From: a virus
Taxonomy: Duplodnaviria; Caudoviricetes
IMG/VR virus record: IMGVR_UViG_3300033066_001910
Location: 809 to 64,808 of that record
DNA: 64,000 bases
Reading direction: 5' to 3' (one strand)
Of this stretch, positions 8,305 through 16,752 are shown in pieces (position 1 is the stretch's first letter; each line of letters starts with the position of its first letter). A program made the position numbers and the translations under genes. The notes beneath the pieces were generated by a model. It searched no databases, was not told where the DNA came from, and worked only from the letters and a program-made list of their open reading frames with translations.

Positions 8305-8307
8305 TGG

Positions 8308-9453
8308 GTGGCGACTGAACAGGAGGTATTGCAACGGGTGGCGCGGGCACGGACGAAGCTGCTGTTTGGGCAGCCGTTCTATGCGCTGTTGGCGATGCAG
8401 TTAGACGTGGTGGTGCGGGCGGAGCTGCCGGCGATGGCAGGCACCGACGGGGAGCGGCTGTATGTGCAGCCGGCGGTAGTGGACGCCTGGACGCTGACCG
8501 AGCTGGCAGGGGTGCTGGCGCACGAGATCGAACACGTCATCCGCGGGCACGTGTGGCGCCGGCAGCATCGCGACCCGGTGCTGTGGAACATTGCAGGCGA
8601 CTTGGTGATCAACCATGATCTGCAAGCAGCGGGGTTGACGTTGCCTAAGGGTGTCCTCCTGGACGCCCAGTACGCCGGGATGACGGCCGAGGCCGTCTAC
8701 GACAAGATCCGCAACCAGGCGAAGTACCAGCAGATGGCGCAGGCCGTCAGCCAGCAGTGGAACGTCGGCGGCATGCTGGAGCCGGAAGGCAGCCAGGGGG
8801 AGCAGCAGGCTCAGCAGCAGGAATGGGAAGGCCGAGTGAAGGCGGCCGCGGCCGGCATGCAGCCAGGTAAGACGCCAGGGCACATCGAGCAGCTGTTGGA
8901 CAAGCTGCGGAAGCCGCCGATTGACCTGCCGGCTCTGCTGGAGCGGTTCTTGCTGGTGGATCGGTGCTTCGACGACTACGACTGGACGTACCCGAATCGC
9001 AATTACTTGGCGCAGGGGCTGTATCTGCCGAGCCTGCGCGGTGAGGTGATGCCGGCAGTCGGGGTGTTCGTCGACACGAGCGGCAGCGTCAGCCCGGAGG
9101 AGCTGGCCTACTTCGGTGGGTGCTTGAACGACGTACTGCTGCGGGCGAAGCCGAAGCGGACGTACGTGGTGTACTGCGATGCCGACATCCCGAAGGATGG
9201 CATCCAGGAGTACACGCCAGGGCAGGAGATTGACTTTCGGCCGGTGGGGCGCGGGGGCACGGACTTCCGGCCGCCGTTTGCCCGGGCAGCGAAGGAAGGC
9301 TGGCCGTTGGCGGCAGCGATCTACCTGACGGACCTCGAAGGGCCGTTTCCTGACCGCGAGCCGGAGTATCCGACGCTGTGGGTCAGTATGGGCGGTGGAA
9401 CGGCCCCCTGGGGCGAGACGCACCGGCTGGTGGTGCCTGGGGGCAGGCAATAG
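8308..9453 (+). CDS. DUF2201-like protein: putative metallopeptidase (HExxH) plus VWA domain (381 aa)
   Basis: AGTDG, LAHEIEH, WNIAGDLVIN; MIDAS DTSGS, GGTDF, LTD. Confidence 0.85.
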   Translation: MATEQEVLQRVARARTKLLFGQPFYALLAMQLDVVVRAELPAMAGTDGERLYVQPAVVDAWTLTELAGVLAHEIEHVIRGHVWRRQHRDPVLWNIAGDLVINHDLQAAGLTLPKGVLLDAQYAGMTAEAVYDKIRNQAKYQQMAQAVSQQWNVGGMLEPEGSQGEQQAQQQEWEGRVKAAAAGMQPGKTPGHIEQLLDKLRKPPIDLPALLERFLLVDRCFDDYDWTYPNRNYLAQGLYLPSLRGEVMPAVGVFVDTSGSVSPEELAYFGGCLNDVLLRAKPKRTYVVYCDADIPKDGIQEYTPGQEIDFRPVGRGGTDFRPPFARAAKEGWPLAAAIYLTDLEGPFPDREPEYPTLWVSMGGGTAPWGETHRLVVPGGRQ

Positions 9454-9521
9454 GGCGATCGCGTCGCCACGGGGCAGGCAGGCGTGGGCGCGGGGGTACA
9501 AACAGACACAAGGAGGGTGTG

Positions 9522-9830
9522 ATGGCGCAATGTCGACGGTGCGGGGGCTTGGTGGTCTTGGAAGGGCGGTTGGCGGATGTGCCGGTGCGGGTGCCAACGG
9601 ATGTAGACGCGGTGTGGGCACTGGCGCCTGAGGGCGATAGTTGGCGCTGTGTGAACTGTGGCGATCGGACGGACGCCGTGGTGGAGGCGAACCGGCGAGC
9701 GCTGGTGCCGCCGGCGACGTGGCAGGCGTGGCGGGCGGGCGGGGGGAGCCGGGTGGAGGGCCCGGCGGTGGCCGAGGTGCGGTTTGGTGGCCTGGCGGCC
9801 AGCGCGCTGTCGGAGGCAGCAGAGCTGTGA
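9522..9830 (+). CDS. zinc-ribbon protein (CRRCGG..WRCVNCG..D.VV..NR, 102 aa)
   Basis: AAGGAGG SD; two CxxC pairs; pattern recalled from small Nitrospira-type proteins. Confidence 0.75.
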   Translation: MAQCRRCGGLVVLEGRLADVPVRVPTDVDAVWALAPEGDSWRCVNCGDRTDAVVEANRRALVPPATWQAWRAGGGSRVEGPAVAEVRFGGLAASALSEAAEL

Positions 9831-10405
9831 GTACCCCACGGAAGCGGACGGCGGCGGAGGCAGAACGGGTCCGGCAGGTCAACCTGCTGGCCCGGCTGCA
9901 CCGCAGTGCCGAGATTGCCTATGCGTTGCAGCGCGGCAAGTCGGTGACGGATGTGACGCCGTTTGCCCAGTGGCTGCAGGAGTACACGAAGCCATACTTG
10001 CCGGACTGGCTGGCGCGCCGCAACGCCAAGAACACGATCAACCTGACGGCATTGACATCGGCGGTGAAGTACCTGGGGGCGAATCCCAAGTCGGGGGAGT
10101 GGCCGACGCGGATGGCCGAGGCCGTGGTGGAGACGCGGCGCGTGGTGGAAACGCGCCGAGACAGCAAAAAGGAGTCGAATCCGTTTGCAGTCGCCGGGAA
10201 AACAGACGCTGACATGGAACGACGTTACCAAGAGGTGGCGGCCCGGCGGATCGTCCGGGCGTACGCCGAGATTGCCGGCTGGACCAAGATGGCCTATGCC
10301 TACCAGGAGTGTTGCTGGCGGCACCGGGTGAAGTTTGACGAAACCTTGGACGTGATACGGCGCGAAGCGACCCAAAGGTTGGACACCGAGCCAAAGTTCA
10401 GCTGA
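9827..10405 (+). CDS. hypothetical protein (192 aa), candidate origin-binding protein
   Basis: GTGA-coupled start; stop codon lies inside the first repeat of the origin-like region. Confidence 0.65.
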   Translation: MSTPRKRTAAEAERVRQVNLLARLHRSAEIAYALQRGKSVTDVTPFAQWLQEYTKPYLPDWLARRNAKNTINLTALTSAVKYLGANPKSGEWPTRMAEAVVETRRVVETRRDSKKESNPFAVAGKTDADMERRYQEVAARRIVRAYAEIAGWTKMAYAYQECCWRHRVKFDETLDVIRREATQRLDTEPKFS

Positions 10406-10750
10406 AGTTCAGCGATTTGGCTGAATCAAAACAGCAGATGGCTAGTGAAGTTAGGCGAAAATTCAGGATTCAGCGGGGGGTGCCAGGGGTGAGCCGATTC
10501 GAGGGTGTCAAAGCAAAAGTGTATCGAAGTGGATACACCCGGGGGTGCCTCCTAGAGGGCCTAAGATATAAAGAATATATAATTTGGTTCTTTGCAATCG
10601 TGCGCGCGCGCGAGGGCTCGGTGGCACAGGCGGTCGAAGGGGGTCAGAGAGTGACTCCCCTGGGGTGACCCCCTGAATTCTGAATTTTGGACCTAAGTCG
10701 TTTAGCTGTCTACGATTTCGATTCAGATTTTTTGCTGAAGTTCAGCTGAA
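10394..10750. repeat. origin-like region: clustered TTCAG/CTGAA repeats flanking an AT-rich tract
   Basis: AAGTTCAGCTGAA at 10394 and 10738; about 12 TTCAG/CTGAA pentamers; GTGTATC-N6-GATACAC at 10519-10538; AT-rich 10562-10597. Confidence 0.6.
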
Positions 10751-10783
10751 TGTTGACAAGGGAGGTCGGGTATTGTGGTGAAA

Positions 10784-11317
10784 ATGAGACGATTTGGGTG
10801 GATGGAGCGTCCAAGTGTCATTGTGTTGACGGTACTTGTCATTGGATTGACGATGCAGAGTGTCAGTACATTGACGGCGCTGGTGGCTGCCGAATCGCAG
10901 TGGGCGACGACGGTGTCGATGTGGGCGTTTGGGTTTCAGTATTGGATGCTGGTGGATACGTGGCGGAGCGTGTGGGAGACGACTGCGAAGGAGCGGGTGC
11001 TGTGGCGGGCAGGGCGGGCGGTTGGGGAGGTGGTGGAGATGCAGGGCGTGACGACTGGAATCGATCACTATGATCGCAAGGTCCACCTGCGAGGGTTTGG
11101 GAATGATGTGTGGACGGGGGTGGTGTTGCAGGCAGAGGGGATGGTGGAGCTGTGTATGGTGATGACGTGCGAGTCGAGGCACCAGATCAGGGTCGAGGAT
11201 ATCAATTTGGTGATTGAGACGTGGCAGGTGGATCCAGAGGCGGCGCTGGTGACGGCGCAATTGGTGTTGCAGCCGGCGAGGGTGTTGTGGCTGGAGTCGG
11301 CGGAGGTGGTGTGGTGA
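10784..11317 (+). CDS. putative membrane protein (177 aa)
   Basis: Hydrophobic N-terminal segments; start uncertain. Confidence 0.55.
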   Translation: MRRFGWMERPSVIVLTVLVIGLTMQSVSTLTALVAAESQWATTVSMWAFGFQYWMLVDTWRSVWETTAKERVLWRAGRAVGEVVEMQGVTTGIDHYDRKVHLRGFGNDVWTGVVLQAEGMVELCMVMTCESRHQIRVEDINLVIETWQVDPEAALVTAQLVLQPARVLWLESAEVVW

Positions 11318-11541
11318 TTCTGAATAAGTGTGTGCATTCAGATGGTGTGGTGTCGTACCAAGTTGATTTTGACGACGACACGTGTTGGTTCCGGTTTGAG
11401 ACGTCATTGAGTGACGAAGAGGAACAATTGCTGGCCGTTACGGCACAGGTTGGCACGCTCGCGACGGTGCGGGTGCTGGAGTTGCCGTTTTGGGACGTAC
11501 CAAGCACAGGAGGGCAAGCATCATGGTATTACTACACGTAA
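11314..11541 (+). CDS. acidic hypothetical protein (75 aa)
   Basis: GTGA coupling; GGAGG upstream. Confidence 0.55.
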   Translation: MILNKCVHSDGVVSYQVDFDDDTCWFRFETSLSDEEEQLLAVTAQVGTLATVRVLELPFWDVPSTGGQASWYYYT

Positions 11542-11680
11542 GCTGGCGTTGGGGGTTGTGTTTGGCCGTGTTCATGCTAGTCTGGCAGTGGGGCGACGGG
11601 TGTGTGACGTGGGTGCTGCCGGATGGGCGGGTGTGCTGGCAGTGCTGCAGCGGGGGGTTTTGCACAGTGGAGTGTTATTG

Positions 11681-11788
11681 ATGGCGACGCAGCGACAACG
11701 TAAGAAGGCAGGGCCGCCGAGCCGCCTGGACGCCGAGTCGTTGCTGTGGTGGCTGATCGGCGGCCTGTGCTGGTGGGTGATCTGGTGA
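11681..11788 (+). CDS. small membrane peptide (35 aa)
   Basis: GGAG SD; basic N-terminus and hydrophobic W-rich C-terminus. Confidence 0.5.
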   Translation: MATQRQRKKAGPPSRLDAESLLWWLIGGLCWWVIW

Positions 11789-12003
11789 TGGTCGTTGATC
11801 GGCGCCGGGAGCCGACGGGACTGACGCAGTATAGCGTCGAGGTCGCGCCGGGGTGCACGAAGTTCTTCTATGTGATAAGGCCGTTGGCGGTGGATGAGAG
11901 ACTAGAAGTCACTATGGCGTACCGGCTGGGCGGCTGGCAGGCGATTCAGGACTGGCTCGTAGGATTCAGGGAGAGGCTTAATGTCGATCGAACAGACAGG
12001 TAA
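11788..12003 (+). CDS. hypothetical protein (71 aa)
   Basis: TGATG coupling to the previous stop. Confidence 0.55.
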   Translation: MVVDRRREPTGLTQYSVEVAPGCTKFFYVIRPLAVDERLEVTMAYRLGGWQAIQDWLVGFRERLNVDRTDR

Positions 12004-12226
12004 CGTGGCGGCCGATACCGTCGATGGCATCGTAATGGCGATTCGGCTCGGGGTGGATCCCATCGAGGCGTGTCGGGCTGCCGAGGTGACGCCGATGGTG
12101 CTGTGGCATACGTTGTTGATGCAGGAGACGTATGTGAAGCAGAGTCTGATGCTGCAGCTGACGCTGGCACAGCGGCGGCAGTTGTTGCTGGCGATTTTGC
12201 GTGAGCCGGCGGGAGGTGGCGAATGA
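11981..12226 (+). CDS. HTH-like protein, paralog 1 (81 aa)
   Basis: IVMAIRLGVDPIEACRAAEVT helix-turn-helix pattern. Confidence 0.6.
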   Translation: MSIEQTGNVAADTVDGIVMAIRLGVDPIEACRAAEVTPMVLWHTLLMQETYVKQSLMLQLTLAQRRQLLLAILREPAGGGE

Positions 12227-12525
12227 GCGAGCTGCGGACGGAGATCACGCCGGAGGAGGTGACGGCGGTGCTGATGGCGGTGCGGTTGGGCGTGGATATG
12301 GCGGAGACGTGTGTGGCACTGGGGGTGAGCCCGCGGGCGTTTTACCGCGCATACGACGGACCAATTGATTATCGTTATTGGGCAGCGGTGGGATTGTGTG
12401 CCACAGACACGATGAGGTATTGGGATGATCAATACGAGCAACGCATTGATCTACGAGAGGTGATTGGTACGTCGTTGACACAATGGCAACGAACACAGAA
12501 GGAGGCAGCATGCAGCACGGAGTGA
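12223..12525 (+). CDS. HTH-like protein, paralog 2 (100 aa)
   Basis: VLMAVRLGVDMAETCVALGVSPRAFY. Confidence 0.6.
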   Translation: MSELRTEITPEEVTAVLMAVRLGVDMAETCVALGVSPRAFYRAYDGPIDYRYWAAVGLCATDTMRYWDDQYEQRIDLREVIGTSLTQWQRTQKEAACSTE

Positions 12526-13517
12526 TTCAGCCAGACGGGCGGTTGTACGTGGACAATAGTATTTTGGCGACGGAGGCGGTGTGCCAGACGCATGCCAGCC
12601 TGCGGTATGGGCTCGGGTGGGATTTGCCGGGCGTCCGGGTGAAGATGAACGTCGGGACGGCGATCCATGCGGGTATGGATGTGTTCTTTGCGGGCGGGGC
12701 GCCGGCCGACGTCCTTGCGGCGTTCGAGGCGGCCTATACGGGCATGGGCATTGGCCAGGCCATCGCCGAGATGGACGAGAAGCAGCAGAAGGGGTTCCAG
12801 GCGTATACGTTGGTGAACCTGAAGCGGATCGTCGCGGAGTACTGTGTCAGGAATGCCTTGCTGCCGTTTGAGGTCGAGCCGTCGACCATCGAGCAGGGGT
12901 TCGTGGTATTGCTGGACTCGGAGTTCAATATTTGGTACAGCGGGACGCCGGACGTCGGGCAGGCGTACATGCGGGGCAGCCGGAGTCTGTACGTCGTCGA
13001 CACGAAGTCGACCGGGTCGTACCTGACGGCGGAGTACAAACGGGGGTATCGGACGGCCAGCCAGGTGACGGGGTATCTGTGGGGGCTGCGCGAGGCGACG
13101 GGGTTGCCGTATGTCGGGGCGTTTATCAATGCGATTAATATCAAGAAGATACCCGACAGTAACCGGCGGTGCAGCGACCATGGGGTGCAGTATGCCGAGT
13201 GCGGGCTGATGCATGCCGAGATGGAGTTGTTTCCGGTGAGCCGGACGCCGCAGCAGATTGAGGCCTGGTGGGTGAATGCGGTGCAGCTGGCCCGGCGGTA
13301 TCGCAGCCGGCTTGAGCGGGTGCGGACGGCGGCTGACTTGCCGATGGTGCCGATGGAAGGGCAGTTTGCGCAGGGCGGTGGGGTGTGTCGGCAGTGCATG
13401 GCCAGTGACTTCTGTGCGTTGGGACGGCCGGCGGCTCATGTCGGCAGTATGTTCGAGCAGGCGGGGGTGTGGGATCCGCAGGCGGTGCGGCAGCCGAAGT
13501 CGGTCATTGGGGTGTAA
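12510..13517 (+). CDS. PD-(D/E)XK exonuclease, Cas4/AddB-like with a probable Fe-S staple (335 aa)
   Basis: AAGGAGG SD; GTAIH, GTPD, VVDTKS, SQVTGY; an N-terminal Cys plus C-terminal CRQCMASDFC. Confidence 0.85.
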   Translation: MQHGVIQPDGRLYVDNSILATEAVCQTHASLRYGLGWDLPGVRVKMNVGTAIHAGMDVFFAGGAPADVLAAFEAAYTGMGIGQAIAEMDEKQQKGFQAYTLVNLKRIVAEYCVRNALLPFEVEPSTIEQGFVVLLDSEFNIWYSGTPDVGQAYMRGSRSLYVVDTKSTGSYLTAEYKRGYRTASQVTGYLWGLREATGLPYVGAFINAINIKKIPDSNRRCSDHGVQYAECGLMHAEMELFPVSRTPQQIEAWWVNAVQLARRYRSRLERVRTAADLPMVPMEGQFAQGGGVCRQCMASDFCALGRPAAHVGSMFEQAGVWDPQAVRQPKSVIGV

Positions 13518-13518
13518 G

Positions 13519-13803
13519 GTGGCGAATCGCAAAACAGCAACGCTGAAGGTGTGGCGGAAGATGCTGCACGATGGGCCAGCGACGGCGGCGATGGCGCAGG
13601 TGCAGTTCCGTCGCGGGCGCTATGTGATCGTGATGCATGCCTTTAGTGAATCCTGGTGTGTGCGGACCTGCGAGCTGGTGCGACGCACAACAACGCAGCC
13701 AGATTGGCGAGTCAAGGAGTCGTTTCTCTACAAGACGCAACTGGAGGCGGCGATGCAGTACACATTGCTCTGTGAGCAACTGATGGGGCGCGTATGCCGG
13801 TGA
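13519..13803 (+). CDS. hypothetical protein (94 aa)
   Basis: GTG start just after the nuclease stop. Confidence 0.55.
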   Translation: MANRKTATLKVWRKMLHDGPATAAMAQVQFRRGRYVIVMHAFSESWCVRTCELVRRTTTQPDWRVKESFLYKTQLEAAMQYTLLCEQLMGRVCR

Positions 13804-14114
13804 GGCGCGCGCGGGAGATCCAGGTGGCGTTGCCGCCGTGGCCCAGCCATTACTTTCTGTACCCCATGCCGGAGACGCTGCAGCAGTGCGTACGTGGGAC
13901 GCGGGCGGTGCGGTTGCAACGGCTCCCGCATGTCCTTGAGGCGGTCGAAAAATGGTCGGTGCAGTGGTGGCGGTTTGATATGACGGACCAGTGGCAAGAA
14001 ACGCCGCAGTGGCACCTGACGCACGAGGACGTGAAGCCCGATCTCCTGCGCGCGGCGGTGCGGTACACACGGGCGGAGGCGGCCTTGACACGGGGAAAAA
14101 GTGTGAGAGGATAG
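13794..14114 (+). CDS. hypothetical protein (106 aa)
   Basis: ORF track; GGGG SD. Confidence 0.55.
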   Translation: MPVRRAREIQVALPPWPSHYFLYPMPETLQQCVRGTRAVRLQRLPHVLEAVEKWSVQWWRFDMTDQWQETPQWHLTHEDVKPDLLRAAVRYTRAEAALTRGKSVRG

Positions 14115-14117
14115 CGC

Positions 14118-14318
14118 ATGGCGAAGACAGCAAGCAAGACGTTGCGGATGGTACAGATTGCGATTGCCCCGTGGGAAGGGGCGAGTGGCAGTACGTATAG
14201 CACACTAGGGTTGGATGCAGATGGCCGGGTGTGGCGGTATGATCCGCGGCGCGGCGGCTGGGTGGCGTACAGCATGCGGCCCGTGGATCCAGCGGTATGT
14301 GAGGGGCATCGGCGATGA
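14118..14318 (+). CDS. hypothetical protein (66 aa)
   Basis: GAGGA SD; YSTLGLDADGRVW motif recalled from small phage proteins. Confidence 0.65.
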   Translation: MAKTASKTLRMVQIAIAPWEGASGSTYSTLGLDADGRVWRYDPRRGGWVAYSMRPVDPAVCEGHRR

Positions 14319-14557
14319 GCAATGGACCAAAGTTTGGGGCGCCCAAGCGGCCGTGGAAGCCGCCGATTCGGCTCGATGCGAAGCCGACGCGGCCGCACCG
14401 GGTGCGGAAGGGTGAGTTGTTGGACGCGCTGCGCCGGCGTGAAGCGCTCGAGTCGCCGATGTACTGTCAGCATGCGAATGAATGCCCGGCGGTGTGCCCG
14501 TGCCGGGGTGAGTGTTGGTGTAATCAGCCCGGGAGGATGTGTCATGGACAAAGTTGA
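14315..14557 (+). CDS. small Cys-rich protein (80 aa)
   Basis: ATGA coupling; C-terminal CQHANECP..CPC..CWC. Confidence 0.6.
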   Translation: MSNGPKFGAPKRPWKPPIRLDAKPTRPHRVRKGELLDALRRREALESPMYCQHANECPAVCPCRGECWCNQPGRMCHGQS

Positions 14558-14933
14558 CCTGCTGAAACGCGCCGACGACCTGCTGAAGTTCATCATTGAC
14601 GGCCTGGAGCAGGGTAAGGAGCTGGCCGAGCGCGAAGCGCCACTGCTGGTGCGCGAAGTGGTGACGTGGGAGATCGTCGAGCATGTGTTGTATGCCGTGT
14701 TTGCGTTGATGGCGTTGGCCGTGGCGGTATGGGTGTTTCGTTGGTGCCGTCGTGAAATCGTCAAGCGCGATTCGTCTTATTATGACGATGGGTATGATGT
14801 CGGTGTGGTTTTGGCCGCGATCGCGATGATACCAACGGCGTTAATGGTGGTGGTCAATGTCGTCATTGCGACGAAGGCGGCGGTCGCGCCGCGATTGTAC
14901 CTGTTGGGCGAGCTGAAGCAGTTGTTGAAGTAG
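14544..14933 (+). CDS. two-TM membrane protein (129 aa)
   Basis: GGAGG SD; EAPLLVRE..W and APRLYL pattern; two hydrophobic helices. Confidence 0.75.
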   Translation: MDKVDLLKRADDLLKFIIDGLEQGKELAEREAPLLVREVVTWEIVEHVLYAVFALMALAVAVWVFRWCRREIVKRDSSYYDDGYDVGVVLAAIAMIPTALMVVVNVVIATKAAVAPRLYLLGELKQLLK

Positions 14934-14947
14934 CAAGGAGGCATGTG

Positions 14948-15085
14948 ATGGTACTGCTGAAGGCAATGGAATGGGCCGTCGGGGCGTTCATCCTGGCGTT
15001 CGTCGTGTGGCAGATTGCCTGGCCGCTGCTCTGTGGCCGGCGGCCATTCACGACCGTCAAACCGAAGGGGGGCAAACGTGCATAG
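14948..15085 (+). CDS. small membrane peptide (45 aa)
   Basis: AGGAGG SD; manual translation MVLLKAMEWAVGAFILAFVVWQIAWP... Confidence 0.55.
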   Translation: MVLLKAMEWAVGAFILAFVVWQIAWPLLCGRRPFTTVKPKGGKRA

Positions 15086-15231
15086 TGAGGTGAAGTGGAA
15101 GGTATTGGGCATCGGGGTGGTCCTGGGGGGTGAAGGGGGCAGGCAGCGGCGCGATGGAGTTGATCGAGTTGCTGAAGGTGAAGACGGCGAAGGACTTGGC
15201 GCTCGACCTGGGCGCGTTGCGGAAGCAGTAG
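15078..15231 (+). pseudogene. small gene apparently frameshifted in a G6 run
   Basis: MHSEVKWKVLGIGVVLG continues plausibly as VKGAGSGAMELIELLK..KQ only if one G at 15125-15130 is removed. Confidence 0.35.
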
Positions 15232-15267
15232 GTGGTACGTAGTTCACACTAGGCGAAGGGAGACGGC

Positions 15268-16104
15268 ATGACAGATCCAGGGCAGCAGGCGGCGCAAGCG
15301 GCGCAGACGACGCAGGGTGGGTATGAGACGGGGCATACGTTGATCTATGGCGACAGCGGGGCGGGGAAGTCGACAGCGGCGGCTACGTACCCCACGCCGC
15401 AGCTCGTGTGGATGTGGGATCCGTACGGCAAGGAGGCGCCGTATAAGAAGCCATGGTTGGCGCAGGGGTGCGAGATTCATCGGCAGACCGATGGCTTGGG
15501 CACACCGGTGGAGTACGTCGTGGACAAGAGCAGTGGCAAGGACGTCCTCCGGGTGCAGATCGAACACTTTATCGACACGGACCCGCGGAAGCCGGCGGCC
15601 TACGAGCGGTTCTTGCAGCGGATGGATCAGTTTACGCGGGAAGTGCCGGATTGGCAGCACGGCACGTTGATCCTGGATAGCATTACGTTCTGTGAGATCG
15701 CGGCGCGCAAGTGGTCGCAGTACAAGCTGAATGCGAGCACGAAGGAGCCGCGGCAGTGGTTTGCCGCCAGCACCGACATGCTGGAGGAGATGTTGATGAT
15801 TCGGTTCGGCAGCTTGCCCATGCGCGTCGTCGTCATCGCACATGTGGACGAGGACAAAGACGAGGTGAACGGGGAGATTGTGCGCAATCCCAGCGCCCCC
15901 GGGCGCCTGCGGAAGCGCAACCCTGCCGGGTATAGCGAGCTGTACCGCCAGGTGGTGGTGCGGGACCAGAAGGGCGATCGGCAATACCTGTGGCAGACGC
16001 GGGCGGGCGGCGGGTGGAACTGCAGCACTCAGCTGGATGGACTGCCGGATCCGTGTCCGGCGCATTATAGCGAGGTTGAACGGGCGATTAAGGCGATGGG
16101 GTAG
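15268..16104 (+). CDS. AAA_24/Sak4-like P-loop ATPase (recombination, 278 aa)
   Basis: Walker A GDSGAGKS; Walker B LILDSIT; VVVIAH; sits between exonuclease and SSB. Confidence 0.8.
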   Translation: MTDPGQQAAQAAQTTQGGYETGHTLIYGDSGAGKSTAAATYPTPQLVWMWDPYGKEAPYKKPWLAQGCEIHRQTDGLGTPVEYVVDKSSGKDVLRVQIEHFIDTDPRKPAAYERFLQRMDQFTREVPDWQHGTLILDSITFCEIAARKWSQYKLNASTKEPRQWFAASTDMLEEMLMIRFGSLPMRVVVIAHVDEDKDEVNGEIVRNPSAPGRLRKRNPAGYSELYRQVVVRDQKGDRQYLWQTRAGGGWNCSTQLDGLPDPCPAHYSEVERAIKAMG

Positions 16105-16117
16105 GGTGGAGGCTGTG

Positions 16118-16417
16118 GTGGCGTACCAGAAGGCCAAGCTGAAGGTGCGGCGGGCGGTGTACCAGGGCCAGCCGGCTTGGGTAATTGCGTGGCGGCACTG
16201 GTGTGCCGTCTGCAGGATGCATAAGCCGACACGTTGGTGTTCGCGGTACGCCACCGCGTTGGTGTCGGACGTCATCGTGGCGTTGGACACGTATCCGATT
16301 TCGATGTCGTGTCGGATGTGCCGGACGTTTCGGTACGTGAGTCCGAAGCAGATACCGGCGGTGTATGAGGAGTCGAAGCTGACGGCGGCCTTGCTGGAGG
16401 TGAAGACGTGCGATTGA
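16118..16417 (+). CDS. zinc-finger protein (99 aa)
   Basis: GGAGG SD; CAVC..CRMC. Confidence 0.55.
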   Translation: MAYQKAKLKVRRAVYQGQPAWVIAWRHWCAVCRMHKPTRWCSRYATALVSDVIVALDTYPISMSCRMCRTFRYVSPKQIPAVYEESKLTAALLEVKTCD

Positions 16418-16752
16418 TGCGGGGGTGGCGGCGTGAGGCAGATCCGTGGGGTGACAAGCCGGTACTGCGACGCGGCTGGTGGCTCGGGTTTCGGCACGCC
16501 TGCTGGCGCGGCGGTACACCAGTGACACTCATGCGTGCCGTGTTCATCAGCGAATCGATGGTGGCGTCGTCGTACAGCTACCGGCGACGGCAAGCTGTCA
16601 AAACCATGGCGTGCCGCCATTGTCAACAGGAATTTCGCATCCAGACGCCGTGCGACCTGCGAAAGGAGCTGCGAGTGGAAGTGGAGACGTTGCGGAAGCT
16701 TGGCCTGCCAGAGATACAATCACTAGGGGAGAGTACGCAGAGCGAACGCTAG
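16417..16752 (+). CDS. hypothetical protein (111 aa)
   Basis: TGATG coupling; CRHC motif. Confidence 0.5.
   Translation: MRGWRREADPWGDKPVLRRGWWLGFRHACWRGGTPVTLMRAVFISESMVASSYSYRRRQAVKTMACRHCQQEFRIQTPCDLRKELRVEVETLRKLGLPEIQSLGESTQSER

Noticed and set aside
8401-9882. Long antisense ORF (493 aa); similarly 18441-20012, 33911-35734 and 12429-13532
   Set aside because: These are shadow ORFs opposite well-supported genes in GC-rich DNA, with R/P/H-biased sequence and no motifs.
10417-10668. 83-aa ORF within the origin-like region
   Set aside because: No SD, atypical composition, and it runs through repeats and an AT-rich tract; more likely non-coding.
10753-10790. TTGACA as a promoter (also at 14085 and 50307-50312)
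   Set aside because: No acceptable -10 hexamer at 16-18 bp spacing.
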